A stretch of DNA of 64,000 nt from an uncultured Christensenella sp. (GCA_964387705.1 CAYLWT010000004.1:4242-68241), one strand, 5' to 3'. Positions 21,101 through 30,091 are shown, counted from the stretch's first letter. The notes: generated from the sequence alone by a model not told the origin. A program made the numbers and translations.

Positions 21101-22352
21101 CATACTCAAGATCTGTCGAAAGGAATTTCTTTGCTGGAGTTGCTGCAAGTTCAACTTCTGTGTCGTAAGTTGACTTTCCTTCAATCGTTTTTGTAAAATA
21201 TGTTTCTGGTTCATCAATAGTTGCTGCATTATTGTTCAAGCAAAGCTTGTATTGAACAATATTCATTCCCTTGCTTGCATTAAATTGATATGAATGAAGG
21301 TCATAAACAACGCCCTGTTCGGTAATCGCTGTGGAATTCACAAGATTAAGAGCAGTCTTTGTGCCTGCAACCGTTGCGTTTGTTTGGTTCCCTGCTTCAA
21401 CATACAATCTATACTGTGCCTTTGTAGAGTTTGTCGCATTATCGTAATCAGAGACTTTAACTTTTCTAATATAGTAGGTCTTATATTCTGCATAATCATT
21501 TTGAACTTCATCAGAAATGATTACATTTGTCACTTCGCCAAGCTTAACTTTATTTTCCGCTGTTGCCCTACTTTCATATTTTGCAACATAATAATAGTCT
21601 TCACCATTTTCAACGAACTTATCTCCCAAAATGATGTCGTCAGTCACAAGGTTGCCTTCTTTGTCATAAACAAGTGGCAGTCCAACTGTAACTGCAGTAC
21701 TCTCATTTTCAACTTTAATGGTTGATGGCATCACAGTTGCAGAATTTTCAACCATTTTCAATTCACTTGTTGTCTTTTGAACAGAAAGTTCATAGACAGG
21801 CGAGCTTGTCCAAGTGCCAGCTGCGTTTTTAATATAATATTGAACTTCATATATTCCTGCGATTGATGGAGTAAATTTAAGTTTCTTTGATGTATCATCG
21901 TAGGAAACTTGCCCCACGCCATCAGTCGTAACCGCAGTTTTACCATAGTCCCCCTGTGCTGAAACAGTGGCATCATATTCCGTAAGTTTTATGCCATATG
22001 GGTTTGTAATTTCAACATAAAGTTGGTCCCCTGTTTCAAACCCTGTTGTAGTCAAATCTTTAGCAACCACAACATCCGAAATTCCACCCTCTGTATTTGT
22101 TCCAAGATATGGCAAATCTACAGTTTGTCCCCTTTCCAGATTTTCCGTCAATGGAAAGTTGCTAACTGTAATAATTTTTCCCTTAACAACTGCGTTTCCA
22201 CTATTTGTGTTTGTATTTTCCCCAACAGCAGCATTAACTGACCCAAATGAGAAAAAAGTTTTTGCAAAGTTTGCCACAGCACTCCCAACGCATGCAAACC
22301 CTGTAACCACAGTCATAAGCCCAGCCACGAACATTTTTTTAAGTCTCTTCAT
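18147..22352 (-). CDS. Giant exported surface protein (about 1401 aa) with Ig-like repeats and a C-terminal TM anchor
   Basis: Start moved to ATG 22352 (RBS AGGAGAG; MKRLKK signal peptide). Repeated DxxAPxI and xATDxxGN motifs; C-terminal TM IIGTILIIISVIVLAGVVLYFI with a K-rich tail; no LPXTG. Confidence 0.75.
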   Translation of the reverse strand: MKRLKKMFVAGLMTVVTGFACVGSAVANFAKTFFSFGSVNAAVGENTNTNSGNAVVKGKIITVSNFPLTENLERGQTVDLPYLGTNTEGGISDVVVAKDLTTTGFETGDQLYVEITNPYGIKLTEYDATVSAQGDYGKTAVTTDGVGQVSYDDTSKKLKFTPSIAGIYEVQYYIKNAAGTWTSSPVYELSVQKTTSELKMVENSATVMPSTIKVENESTAVTVGLPLVYDKEGNLVTDDIILGDKFVENGEDYYYVAKYESRATAENKVKLGEVTNVIISDEVQNDYAEYKTYYIRKVKVSDYDNATNSTKAQYRLYVEAGNQTNATVAGTKTALNLVNSTAITEQGVVYDLHSYQFNASKGMNIVQYKLCLNNNAATIDEPETYFTKTIEGKSTYDTEVELAATPAKKFLSTDLEYGEKVYLPTVSAVDLKNNKASVNVFYYYKVRVKTKDGYSTDKVTMGKDEKGFYFIPLAATGSTYEIYYNVRDFYGNVVEDDDNSDSPNYYQVSITDRKAPTVSFARSFDGLASDISTEDLTDYSYSIPTKVKIGDVIAVPAIYASDNSGISSITRSISSKDKTFKSTKKNETTSTNVSGTIYLTRQDGTTDSSSGFYLEKEGSKIDDIVTFSDVDNSNFKVESNKFTKKTGDFENDEYMRAKNSQVVFVKIDENVFGAGTYTLTLNATDKALNSNSSSRTYTFEVVEDDVDYGTPTVAYGKSTINNVTENQEFKLAVPAISDSSTKNLVRYYAVITGNDGSLTYHQLSLDDDGENIVVKMDEKVGSTDKTLYDLVSETTVRNFEIRTYVMNYGSSFYTTNNNRVALAGATKTQAEELILNWFKEYDKATTEDKDKSVAMASYKISLKNLDDTSAPKFASDTTSTIFAQDTIAVEQFKEIEVDGVKFTDNTSSAYVYAEVRDTKGNIYNYSERGALVIKASGEQFEYEFPGIKFTPTNADAGNYYTVTYYLQDRGGNTVSYSIVLVQATDKEAPIISGVDSSDSTIELGETLNLSQIVATDNQSADADVTLIFEVKDANGESVNTWCNNYEKTFTPQKVGTYTVYVSAKDSEGNVSAKNSFTVKVEDTLKPVIYLNGDTTDEISYSEDDISAGFQEVSIPTFTVKDQKPENSTVAKSGVFGATGSIKLSAPTKGSDSKSEYEYDMQGNLKDGTDRFSFKLEDGMFKFTPDARGTYTITYTATDLNGNSAENEKTITIRVGDTEAPQIILTSKLKNTLDSGFVLGGNTTLKINTNARIYSETEYASEDIYLKDNVSGYEGFNCKEYKEADSSEVLYHYYTVGVTITDGNSSKVSSTSNDDGYLTYDFTTAGTYTITFTATDKAGNKETWSRQFKVVAPESSTSEKTTIIGTILIIISVIVLAGVVLYFIKGTKIAKNRKKGKKAESK

Positions 22353-22481
22353 AAAAATCTCTCCTAAAATTATATTTGTCAAACAAAAAATGTAAAAATA
22401 TTTGTTGACTTGCCCAAAAAATTGGTTAATTTTGCAAAAAAATGTAGTATTGCAACCAAACCAAAAGATTAAAGCACGCTA

Positions 22482-22510
22482 ATTTTATAACAAAGTTTAA
22501 GATATGTCAA
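22482..22510 (-). promoter_or_regulatory. Sigma-A promoter of the 1401-aa surface protein gene
   Basis: Minus strand TTGACA (22510-22505), 17-nt spacer, TAAAAT (22487-22482). Confidence 0.7.
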
Positions 22511-22691
22511 CCGTATTTAATAAGTTGTTTGCAAAAAATTTTTTATTTGTCAACATTTCTATCTTTTGCACAAATTTCCAAAATATGTAAATTCCACACA
22601 AAAATTTTTCAAGTTTTGCAAATCAGTTTTTCGAAAAATTAAAAATACTTTATTTTTATCCTTACAAAGCCGACAATTCAATTTTTGCACG

Positions 22692-22724
22692 AAAAAGCGG
22701 AGATTTAAAGTTCTCCGCCTTTTT
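22692..22724. terminator. Bidirectional intrinsic terminator
   Basis: aaaaa-gcggaga-tttaaagt-tctccgc-cttttt, just downstream of the Cys-rich peptide stop. Confidence 0.8.
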
Positions 22725-22733
22725 GTGTGGCTA

Positions 22734-22925
22734 TTAGCAGTTTGAGTTTCCACAATTCCCGCTACACGTGCTAAGCAAAAGTATCAAAAGAATAAGTGTG
22801 CAAACATCAATACATCCGTTCATCCCGTTTCCGCAATTTCCACAGAGAAGTAACAAGATGAAAATCCAGCAACAATTATTCCCGCCAAATGCACCGCAAC
22901 CACAGCCGTTTCCGAAAAAGTTCAT
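22734..22925 (-). CDS. Small Cys/Gly/Asn-rich hydrophobic protein (63 aa)
   Basis: Strong RBS AAAGGAG, double stop TAA TAG, own terminator. Two units of C/G/N-rich spacer plus a hydrophobic stretch. Confidence 0.8.
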   Translation of the reverse strand: MNFFGNGCGCGAFGGNNCCWIFILLLLCGNCGNGMNGCIDVCTLILLILLLSTCSGNCGNSNC

Positions 22926-23267
22926 ATGTATCTCCTTTATTTTTTCATTTTGTAAAATTTCCCTCTTTGCACCTTATCTTCCCTTTGGCTCAAGGAGAAA
23001 AATATGTAATATCTTTTGTGTTCCCATTTTTTTTCTTTAGTTTCTACTTCATATTATTACACAAAACCTTTTTTGGTTACAAATTTCAAAAATTTGTCAT
23101 TTCTTGCCCATTCCTTTTGAAACACTTTTTAAATTTATACTTATAAGCGAAAAGGTATATTTTTTTACTATTTTTATACCAATCACGAAAAAAAGTTTGT
23201 TTTCTTTAAAAAAAATGTTATAATCGTACCATCAAAAATAGTTTATCCGTTTTATAGGGAGATAGAA

Positions 23268-23999
23268 ATGGAGATTTTTAATAGTTGGATTGTTCATAAA
23301 TATATTGCTCATCGTGGGCTTCACGATAGCACCCACCCCGAAAACAGCCTTTCGGCCTTTCAAAATGCCATTGAGCATGACTATGCAATAGAATTAGATG
23401 TCCACCCAATTGAAGATGGAACGCCTGTTGTTTTTCATGATGAAACGTTGGAACGTCTTACAGGGCACGACGGATATATAAAGAAAATTAAAAATGTTGA
23501 GGAGTTGAAAACCCTCAACCTTTCAAACACTGACGAAAAAATCCCAACCCTTGAAGAAACTCTTCAATTTGTAAACGGCAAAGCACCTCTTCTCATAGAA
23601 ATTAAGGATTACAATACAAACAATCGTTTTGAGCAAAGAATTTATGAAATTCTTAAAAACTACAATGGTGATTATGCGATTATGAGTTTCAACCCATACA
23701 CTCTAAAATGGTTCAGACAAAATGCCCCAGAAGTTTTGCGAGGACAACTTGCAAGCATGTTTAAAGGTGAAAAAATAAGCCTTTTAAGACGACTTGTTTT
23801 AAGAAGTATGGCCCTCAACAAATCTCACTCTCAACCACATTTCATTTGTTACAAGTGGGACGAAGTGCCAAATAGATATATAAAACGCTTTAAACAACTT
23901 CCTCTTCTTGTGTGGGCAGTGCCAAATCAAACAAGTTACATGAAAGTTGCTCCACATTGCGACAACATAATTTTTGAAGGTTTCTTGCCTCGGATTTAA
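23268..23999 (+). CDS. Glycerophosphodiester phosphodiesterase family protein
   Basis: IAHRG, PENSLSAF, IELDVH, FHDETLERLT, IPTLEE and LLIEIK motifs. Confidence 0.9.
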   Translation: MEIFNSWIVHKYIAHRGLHDSTHPENSLSAFQNAIEHDYAIELDVHPIEDGTPVVFHDETLERLTGHDGYIKKIKNVEELKTLNLSNTDEKIPTLEETLQFVNGKAPLLIEIKDYNTNNRFEQRIYEILKNYNGDYAIMSFNPYTLKWFRQNAPEVLRGQLASMFKGEKISLLRRLVLRSMALNKSHSQPHFICYKWDEVPNRYIKRFKQLPLLVWAVPNQTSYMKVAPHCDNIIFEGFLPRI

Positions 24000-24002
24000 C
24001 AC

Positions 24003-24031
24003 AAAACAGTGACCGACAGTCACTGTTTTTT
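24003..24031 (+). terminator. Intrinsic terminator
   Basis: aaaacagtgac-cgaca-gtcactgtttttt immediately after the GDPD stop. Confidence 0.85.
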
Positions 24032-24229
24032 ATATCCAAATATTTGTATGCAAAGTTTCCCCACTTCTATTTTCCCGACTTATCATTTCTTTATATGAGG
24101 CATATTGTTCACTTCTATCATATAGAGATATCCTTTGCTTTTACACAGAAGGTATATGTCTTATATTATAATGTTTTACATATCAGTAATACCTTTTATA
24201 AATTAAAAAACATTTGTTAAGATAACACG

Positions 24230-25510
24230 TCATTTTAACAAATCTTTTTTTCTAACAATCCCCTTTTCCCTTCCATTGTCCTTTGGAAGATAATATCTTT
24301 TGTTTTTAAGTTTGTTTGGAAGATATTGTTGCTTCACATATCCACCAAAATCATGTGGATACAAATATCCACCTGTTTTGTCATCATTTATGCTAGGGTG
24401 ATTCTTCAAATTGTTTGGAACGGCATCGTCTTTTGTTTTTTCCACATCATTGCGAGCCGACTCCATTGCAAGATAAACAGAATTTGACTTTTCGGCCTCG
24501 CAAGCATAAATTATTGCATGCGAAAGTGTCAACAAACATTCTGGAACACCCAATTTTTCGCATGAATACATTGCACAACATGCCAAGAGCAACGCATTAG
24601 AGTCTGCCATACCTATATCTTCACTGCAATGAGCAATAAGCCTTCTAGCAATAATTTTTGGGTCAATGCCTGCCGAAATAAGCCTCTGTGAATAATACAA
24701 CCCTGCATCGCTATCGCTTCCACGAATACTCTTACAAAAAGCACTCAAAAGATCATAATACAATCCGCTATCCATACTCAAACCCATCTTGCCAATGCTT
24801 TGAGTTGCAATCTCTTTTGTAATAACAATTTTCTTTTGCTTATTTATATTAGTTGTAGAAACTGCAAGTTCAAGCCCATTAAGAGCCTGTCTAACATCTC
24901 CTCCACATGCCCAAGCAAAATAGTCAAGAGCATCTTTATCACATTCAATCGGAAGATTCCCCAACCCTCGGTCTTTATCCTTTATTGCCCTTTCCAAGAC
25001 CTCCACAACTTCGTTTGGTTCAACAGGTTTAAACTCAAAAACTCTACACCTTGAAACAATGGCCCTTGTCATACTTGTATAGGGATTTTCGGTTGTCGAG
25101 CCAACAAAAATTATATGCCCCTCCTCAATGGCTTGCAAAACGCAATCACTTTGAGCCTTGCTCCAGCGATGGCATTCATCGAGGAACAAATAAGTCTTTT
25201 TCCCGAACAATTCAAAATCTTTTTTTGCTTCATCAATACAAGCCTTTGCTTCCGTCACCCCAGATGAAACAGCATTAAGTGTCACCATCTTTCCTTTGCT
25301 TTGAGACGCAATGATATGAGCCAACGTAGTTTTCCCCGTTCCTGGTGGGCCAAAAAAAATACAACTGCCCAAGACTCCGGCTCTAATGGCTCTATCAAGA
25401 AGCATATCTTTGCCCACAATATGTTTTTGTCCAACAAACTCTTCCAGAGTTTCAGGCCTCATTCTTTCAGCCAAAGGCTTTTTATCCTTAAAATTTGAAT
25501 AGTATTCCAT
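24230..25510 (-). CDS. rarA: Replication-associated recombination protein A (RarA/MgsA)
   Basis: PLAERMRP, GPPGTGKTT, LFLDECHRWSKAQ and FCKSIRGSD motifs. Start moved to ATG 25510 because the track start lies inside TATAAT. Confidence 0.93.
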   Translation of the reverse strand: MEYYSNFKDKKPLAERMRPETLEEFVGQKHIVGKDMLLDRAIRAGVLGSCIFFGPPGTGKTTLAHIIASQSKGKMVTLNAVSSGVTEAKACIDEAKKDFELFGKKTYLFLDECHRWSKAQSDCVLQAIEEGHIIFVGSTTENPYTSMTRAIVSRCRVFEFKPVEPNEVVEVLERAIKDKDRGLGNLPIECDKDALDYFAWACGGDVRQALNGLELAVSTTNINKQKKIVITKEIATQSIGKMGLSMDSGLYYDLLSAFCKSIRGSDSDAGLYYSQRLISAGIDPKIIARRLIAHCSEDIGMADSNALLLACCAMYSCEKLGVPECLLTLSHAIIYACEAEKSNSVYLAMESARNDVEKTKDDAVPNNLKNHPSINDDKTGGYLYPHDFGGYVKQQYLPNKLKNKRYYLPKDNGREKGIVRKKDLLK

Positions 25511-25548
25511 ATAAGTATTATACAATAATTTGAAAATAAAGCAAGAGA

Positions 25549-26643
25549 TTATTCCCCTGCTTCAAAAAGTTTGTTTGTAATAAGTTCCTTAAGTTGTTCA
25601 ATGCCTGTATTGTTTTTTGCGCTAATCAACACCGCATCTCGTGGAACTTCAAAAGGTCCTGAAATTTTATCCACCTTGTTATATACAATAATTTGTGGAA
25701 TTTTGTCAGCCTTAATCTCTTTCAAAACATCATTAACGACTTCCATTTTATCCTTATAGTCTGGGTCAGAAATATCCACCACATGAACAAGCAAGTCCGC
25801 ATCTGCCGTTTCTTCAAGTGTGGCATTAAATGCTTGAATAAATGCATGTGGAAGTTTGTCAATAAACCCCACAGTATCAACCAGAACAACCTTTCTATTG
25901 TTTCCCAACCAAAGAGTTCTACTTGTGGTGTCAAGAGTTGCAAAGAGTAAGTCATCTGCATAAATTCCCGCTTTTGTAATGGTATTCATAAGAGTGGACT
26001 TCCCCGCATTTGTATAACCCACAATAGCAACCTGCTTAATTTGGTTTTTCCTTCTCTCGCTTTTTTGAATAAGCCTTTGTGACTTGATTTTCAAAATTTC
26101 TTTTTCAAGTTTCACAATGTCATCTCTAATTTTTCTTTTGTCCGTTTCCAGCTTTGTTTCCCCAGGCCCACGCATGCCAACACCCGCACTGCCAAATCTT
26201 CCAGCACTGCCAGACACACTTGCAATTCTTGGCAAGGTATATTTCAATTGAGCAAGTTTAACTTGCAATCTTCCTTCATTTGTTGTGGCCCTTCCTGCAA
26301 AAATATCCAAAATAAGCATTGACCTATCCACAACCTTTGCATTCACCACACTCATAATATTGTTTGCCTGCGAACCGGTAAGTTCCGTATCTACCACCAC
26401 AACATCGGCAGAAAGTTCATCAACCATGCGAGCAATCTCTTCCACCTTTCCACTGCCCAACAAAGTTGATGGATTTTTTTCCTTTATATTTTGTCCTATC
26501 TGCCCCACCACCTCAAGACCTGCTGTGTGACAAAGGCTGGCAAGTTCCTCCAAATCCTTGTCAAAATTCACTCTTGTTTCATTCCATGCAACCGCCACCA
26601 AAATTGCTTTTTCTCTTTTCTTTTTCGTTTCTTGAATCTTCAT
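25549..26643 (-). CDS. hflX: GTPase HflX
   Basis: LILDIFAGRATTNEGRLQV, RGPGETKLETD, GYTNAGKST, LFATLD, DTVGFI and NKVD motifs. Confidence 0.96.
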   Translation of the reverse strand: MKIQETKKKREKAILVAVAWNETRVNFDKDLEELASLCHTAGLEVVGQIGQNIKEKNPSTLLGSGKVEEIARMVDELSADVVVVDTELTGSQANNIMSVVNAKVVDRSMLILDIFAGRATTNEGRLQVKLAQLKYTLPRIASVSGSAGRFGSAGVGMRGPGETKLETDKRKIRDDIVKLEKEILKIKSQRLIQKSERRKNQIKQVAIVGYTNAGKSTLMNTITKAGIYADDLLFATLDTTSRTLWLGNNRKVVLVDTVGFIDKLPHAFIQAFNATLEETADADLLVHVVDISDPDYKDKMEVVNDVLKEIKADKIPQIIVYNKVDKISGPFEVPRDAVLISAKNNTGIEQLKELITNKLFEAGE

Positions 26644-26679
26644 AATATATATTATACCACATTTCCCCCATTAATGCAA

Positions 26680-26707
26680 AAGGTTGAACCCCACTTTTTT
26701 CAACCTT
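26680..26707 (-). terminator. Probable terminator between the lipoprotein gene and the hflX promoter
   Basis: 9-bp inverted repeat aaggttgaa/ttcaacctt with a short U tract on the minus strand. Confidence 0.55.
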
Positions 26708-26801
26708 CAACCCATTTTAACACACAATTTTCCCCAATTCAAATTTTAGTGTCACTTTTTTGCAATTTTTTTTACTAAATTTTTTTGACTTCTCAATTTT
26801 T

Positions 26802-27476
26802 TTATTTTTGATAAATTTCACCTGTTTTAACATCAAATAATACACCAAGTGTTTCTCCATCTTGACTTTTTGCCACAACAAAAAAACAAATTGAATCTTT
26901 ATTTTGCATATCACACACAATTTTCACAAAAATCTCTGCCGAAAACTCCTTCCCCATATATTTTTGAAGATTATCTTTTTGCACTTTCGCAAATTTTGTG
27001 AGTGCCTTTGATGAAGTAAGAACAAAAGTTTTTGAAAGGTTTTCCAATTTAATTTCCTCCCCCGCAATGGTCAACACCATAAAATCACAACCATTTGAAA
27101 GTTTCTCAATATCCGCCACATAAGAAGCATCAAAAGGACTTATTTCAAAAGTTCCAGCATAAGTTTCATCGCCAATTTTAAGGACAAACTTTGCATTTTC
27201 GCCCAAATTTTTCTTCGTTTTTACAGTCAAAACTCCATAATTTACCAGCGAATTTGAAATCCCATCCATACAAAAAGGGTCCTCTCTTTTGCCATCGCAA
27301 AAATCCGCCTCAAAATTTTCATTCGTTCCCATATAAAAATTATCCACATATTCGCTAACATTCACTGACAGTTCTTCTTCAATGCTTTTGCACCCACTGG
27401 CAAAAAAAATGCAAAAAGTCATGATAGCCACAGCAATCACAACTTTTACGCCTCTTAAAAAAATATTTTTTCTCAT
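26802..27476 (-). CDS. Hypothetical lipoprotein
   Basis: Basic N-terminus, hydrophobic core and lipobox FASG-C; no family recognised. Confidence 0.65.
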   Translation of the reverse strand: MRKNIFLRGVKVVIAVAIMTFCIFFASGCKSIEEELSVNVSEYVDNFYMGTNENFEADFCDGKREDPFCMDGISNSLVNYGVLTVKTKKNLGENAKFVLKIGDETYAGTFEISPFDASYVADIEKLSNGCDFMVLTIAGEEIKLENLSKTFVLTSSKALTKFAKVQKDNLQKYMGKEFSAEIFVKIVCDMQNKDSICFFVVAKSQDGETLGVLFDVKTGEIYQK

Positions 27477-27504
27477 ACTTCAAATGTATGAAAATTTTTT
27501 TCTT

Positions 27505-28014
27505 TTATTCACACAACTCTTGCATACGCCTTGCATATTTCCCACCAAGTGATTTTGTGGAAAGAAACACTTCAACCATTTTTTCCGCATCATCCACAGA
27601 CGTCACTCTACCTCCAAGAGCCAGTGCATTTATTCCATTATGAAGACATGCTTTTTCCACCTCGTCTTTGCTATGTCCCACCGCACAAAAAATATTCTTA
27701 TGCTTATTCAACCCGATGCTCACTCCAACTCCACTTCCACAAAAAGCAATTATTTTCACATCTTCAAATTCATCAATTTTCTTTTCATTTTTGCCCAATT
27801 TTTCCTCAATAACCTGCGAATTTTGAGAAGTTATTTTTTCAGCAGTTGCCTTGTCAAAAGCCTTGCACATAAGCTTAACAAATTTTGAAAAGTCATCATC
27901 ACTATCTTCTTCAAAGGCCCCCACATCAACAACAGAATAACCCCTGTCACAAAGTTTTTCTTTTATTTTTTCTTTAAGCAAAAATCCGCCATGGTCAGCA
28001 CCCAAAATGATCAT
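27505..28014 (-). CDS. rpiB: Ribose-5-phosphate isomerase B (RpiB/LacA/LacB family)
   Basis: GADHGG, FCGSGVGVSI and HNGINALALGGR motifs; carries an insertion of about 25-30 aa. Confidence 0.85.
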   Translation of the reverse strand: MIILGADHGGFLLKEKIKEKLCDRGYSVVDVGAFEEDSDDDFSKFVKLMCKAFDKATAEKITSQNSQVIEEKLGKNEKKIDEFEDVKIIAFCGSGVGVSIGLNKHKNIFCAVGHSKDEVEKACLHNGINALALGGRVTSVDDAEKMVEVFLSTKSLGGKYARRMQELCE

Positions 28015-29255
28015 CTTTCTCCTCCAAGAAATCTAATTTCTTCACTTTCACTTGGGACAACATATCCAACAAAGTCCATTTCCTCCAATTTCGAAAGCAA
28101 TTTGCCGAACTTTTTCACTCTCTCAAACATAGAAATGTCATATTGATTTTTAAGCCCTTTTGCGAATTCCATACAACGAACAAAGTTGTCGTTATCATAG
28201 ATTATCGCCACCTTATTTTTCTCAAAATCAAGCGCTTTCCCCGTTGACTTTAAAATGGCAAAGATTCGTTCAAACCCAATAGAAAAGCCCACTGCTGGCA
28301 CATTTTCACCAGTAAATTTCCCCACCAAATTATCATATCTTCCGCCTCCGCCAATAGAGCCAGAAAAGTCCTTGCTTTCAATTTCAAACACAGCACCCGT
28401 ATAATACCCTTGTCCACGCACAAGCGACAAATCAAACCTAATAGAATACTTACCTTTTGCCAATTTCTCCACTGAATTTATTATATACTCCAGCTTTTGA
28501 ATTTCTTCCCAATTTTCACAGATATTTTTAAGTTCAGCAACACTTTTTGGCAAGTTTTCCACAATGTTTTTAAAATTGTTGATAGCTTCTTTTTCAAATC
28601 CTTTTTCTTCCAATTCTTTTACCACGCCATCACAGCCAATTTTATCCAATTTATCAAAAGACACACACACACTATCAAGGTCATCTTTTTCGAACTTACA
28701 ACTCAAAAGAACTCGCCTTAATAATTGTCTATCGTTTATTCTTATGCAAAATTCACCAACACCAATTTTAAGCAACGCCTCCGCAGTTGTATCAATAAGT
28801 TCCACCTCACAATTTGGGCTGTTTGAACCAAAAATGTCGATATCACATTGCACAAATTCTCTATCTCTGCCCTTTTGTGGCCTTTCCGCGCGGTAAACGT
28901 TTCCCATTTGAATAACCTTAAATGGATTTGGGAGATTGTTTTTGTGTTCTGCATAAAATCTGCACAAAGGAAGTGTTAAATCATACCGCAACCCAATGTC
29001 CGCAAGGTGTGAATAATCCTTATTTTCAAGGCTTGTATTCAATTTTTCTCCACGTTTTAACACTTTAAAAATCAAGCTAACGTTGTCACCGCCATCACTT
29101 TTTTCAAGATTTTCAATATCCTCCAAAATAGGCGTATAAATTCTTCCGAAGCCTTGCGAAATATATGTCGATAAAATTTGCCCTTGAAGGTAATCTCTCA
29201 ATTTGCTATCTTGTGGCAAAAAATCATTTGTTCCCTTAACCGATGTTGTTTTCAT
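28011..29255 (-). CDS. hisS: Histidine--tRNA ligase
   Basis: KGTNDFLP, LRYDLTLP, YRAERPQKGRDREFVQCD, LVRGQGYYTG and GGGGRYD motifs. Confidence 0.96.
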   Translation of the reverse strand: MKTTSVKGTNDFLPQDSKLRDYLQGQILSTYISQGFGRIYTPILEDIENLEKSDGGDNVSLIFKVLKRGEKLNTSLENKDYSHLADIGLRYDLTLPLCRFYAEHKNNLPNPFKVIQMGNVYRAERPQKGRDREFVQCDIDIFGSNSPNCEVELIDTTAEALLKIGVGEFCIRINDRQLLRRVLLSCKFEKDDLDSVCVSFDKLDKIGCDGVVKELEEKGFEKEAINNFKNIVENLPKSVAELKNICENWEEIQKLEYIINSVEKLAKGKYSIRFDLSLVRGQGYYTGAVFEIESKDFSGSIGGGGRYDNLVGKFTGENVPAVGFSIGFERIFAILKSTGKALDFEKNKVAIIYDNDNFVRCMEFAKGLKNQYDISMFERVKKFGKLLSKLEEMDFVGYVVPSESEEIRFLGGER

Positions 29256-29886
29256 TTTTTATTTCCTTTTCTTGAGATTTTTCTTTTGAAATTGCACGCT
29301 TGTATGCAATTTGAAGTTTTGGCAAATTGTAACGCAAAATCATTGCTGGAAGAGTGTTTAAAAACACACTCACAATAGCCACTGGAAGTCCAATGCAAAA
29401 CCAATATTTTGGCAGTGGAAAAAGCAAAATCAAAAAACTGAGAGGCAAAGTTATTACATGTCCAACAAAACCCTTGTTGCACTCTACAACAAATCGCTTT
29501 AAATATTCAGAACTATTTGGGTCCACCATTTTTTTCTTGCTAAATCCTCCCACAGCACCTAGTTCCCAAACTTTATCTTTCCACTTTTTTATTTTAATTT
29601 TGTCGTAGAATTTTCGTTCTTTATCACTCGTTTTGAAATGGCTGTTTTCATCAAACCATTTGTTTGGCATAATGTGAATAATCCCCTCTGCAGCAAGGTT
29701 TATAACCACCTCCACAATCACTGCAAGGACAACTGTCAAAATTGTCCAAAGAGGGGAAATATTTGCAACCATGGGATTAAAAAAGATATTGCACACGGCA
29801 ATTATTGTCATTGCCACAAAAATAATACTCAAATACAAAACCATAAATTTTCTTCCGTTCTTTAGTTTTTTTGCAATTTTTATCAC
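29236..29886 (-). CDS. CrtO-like (glycosyl-4,4'-diaponeurosporenoate acyltransferase family) membrane protein
   Basis: KIKKWKD..E.G..GFSKK...EYLKRF.VE..H...N..P.M.LRYNLPKL pattern matches my recollection of this family. Start may be GTG 29886 or ATG 29844. Confidence 0.6.
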   Translation of the reverse strand: MIKIAKKLKNGRKFMVLYLSIIFVAMTIIAVCNIFFNPMVANISPLWTILTVVLAVIVEVVINLAAEGIIHIMPNKWFDENSHFKTSDKERKFYDKIKIKKWKDKVWELGAVGGFSKKKMVDPNSSEYLKRFVVECNKGFVGHVITLPLSFLILLFPLPKYWFCIGLPVAIVSVFLNTLPAMILRYNLPKLQIAYKRAISKEKSQEKEIKNENNIG

Positions 29887-30052
29887 AAAATTTGTTAGAA
29901 ATTACACAATTTTTACTATAAATTTGCACAATTTTTGTATTACAAATTTGATACAATTTTCAATTGCAATGATATTTTAGCACATTGTTTTAAAACACAC
30001 AAGTCAATTGTTAACAATTTTCTTTCCCCATTAAAATATATGCAAAAAAGCC

Positions 30053-30091
30053 AACTCTACGATTTGTAGAGTTTCGAAAAATAAACTCTAC
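30053..30091. promoter_or_regulatory. Palindromic operator plus half site in the divergent CrtO-like/GT8 intergenic region
   Basis: aactctac-gattt-gtagagtt (30053-30073, perfect 8-bp arms) and half site aactctac (30084-30091). 17/18 identical to 43446-43463. Confidence 0.7.
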
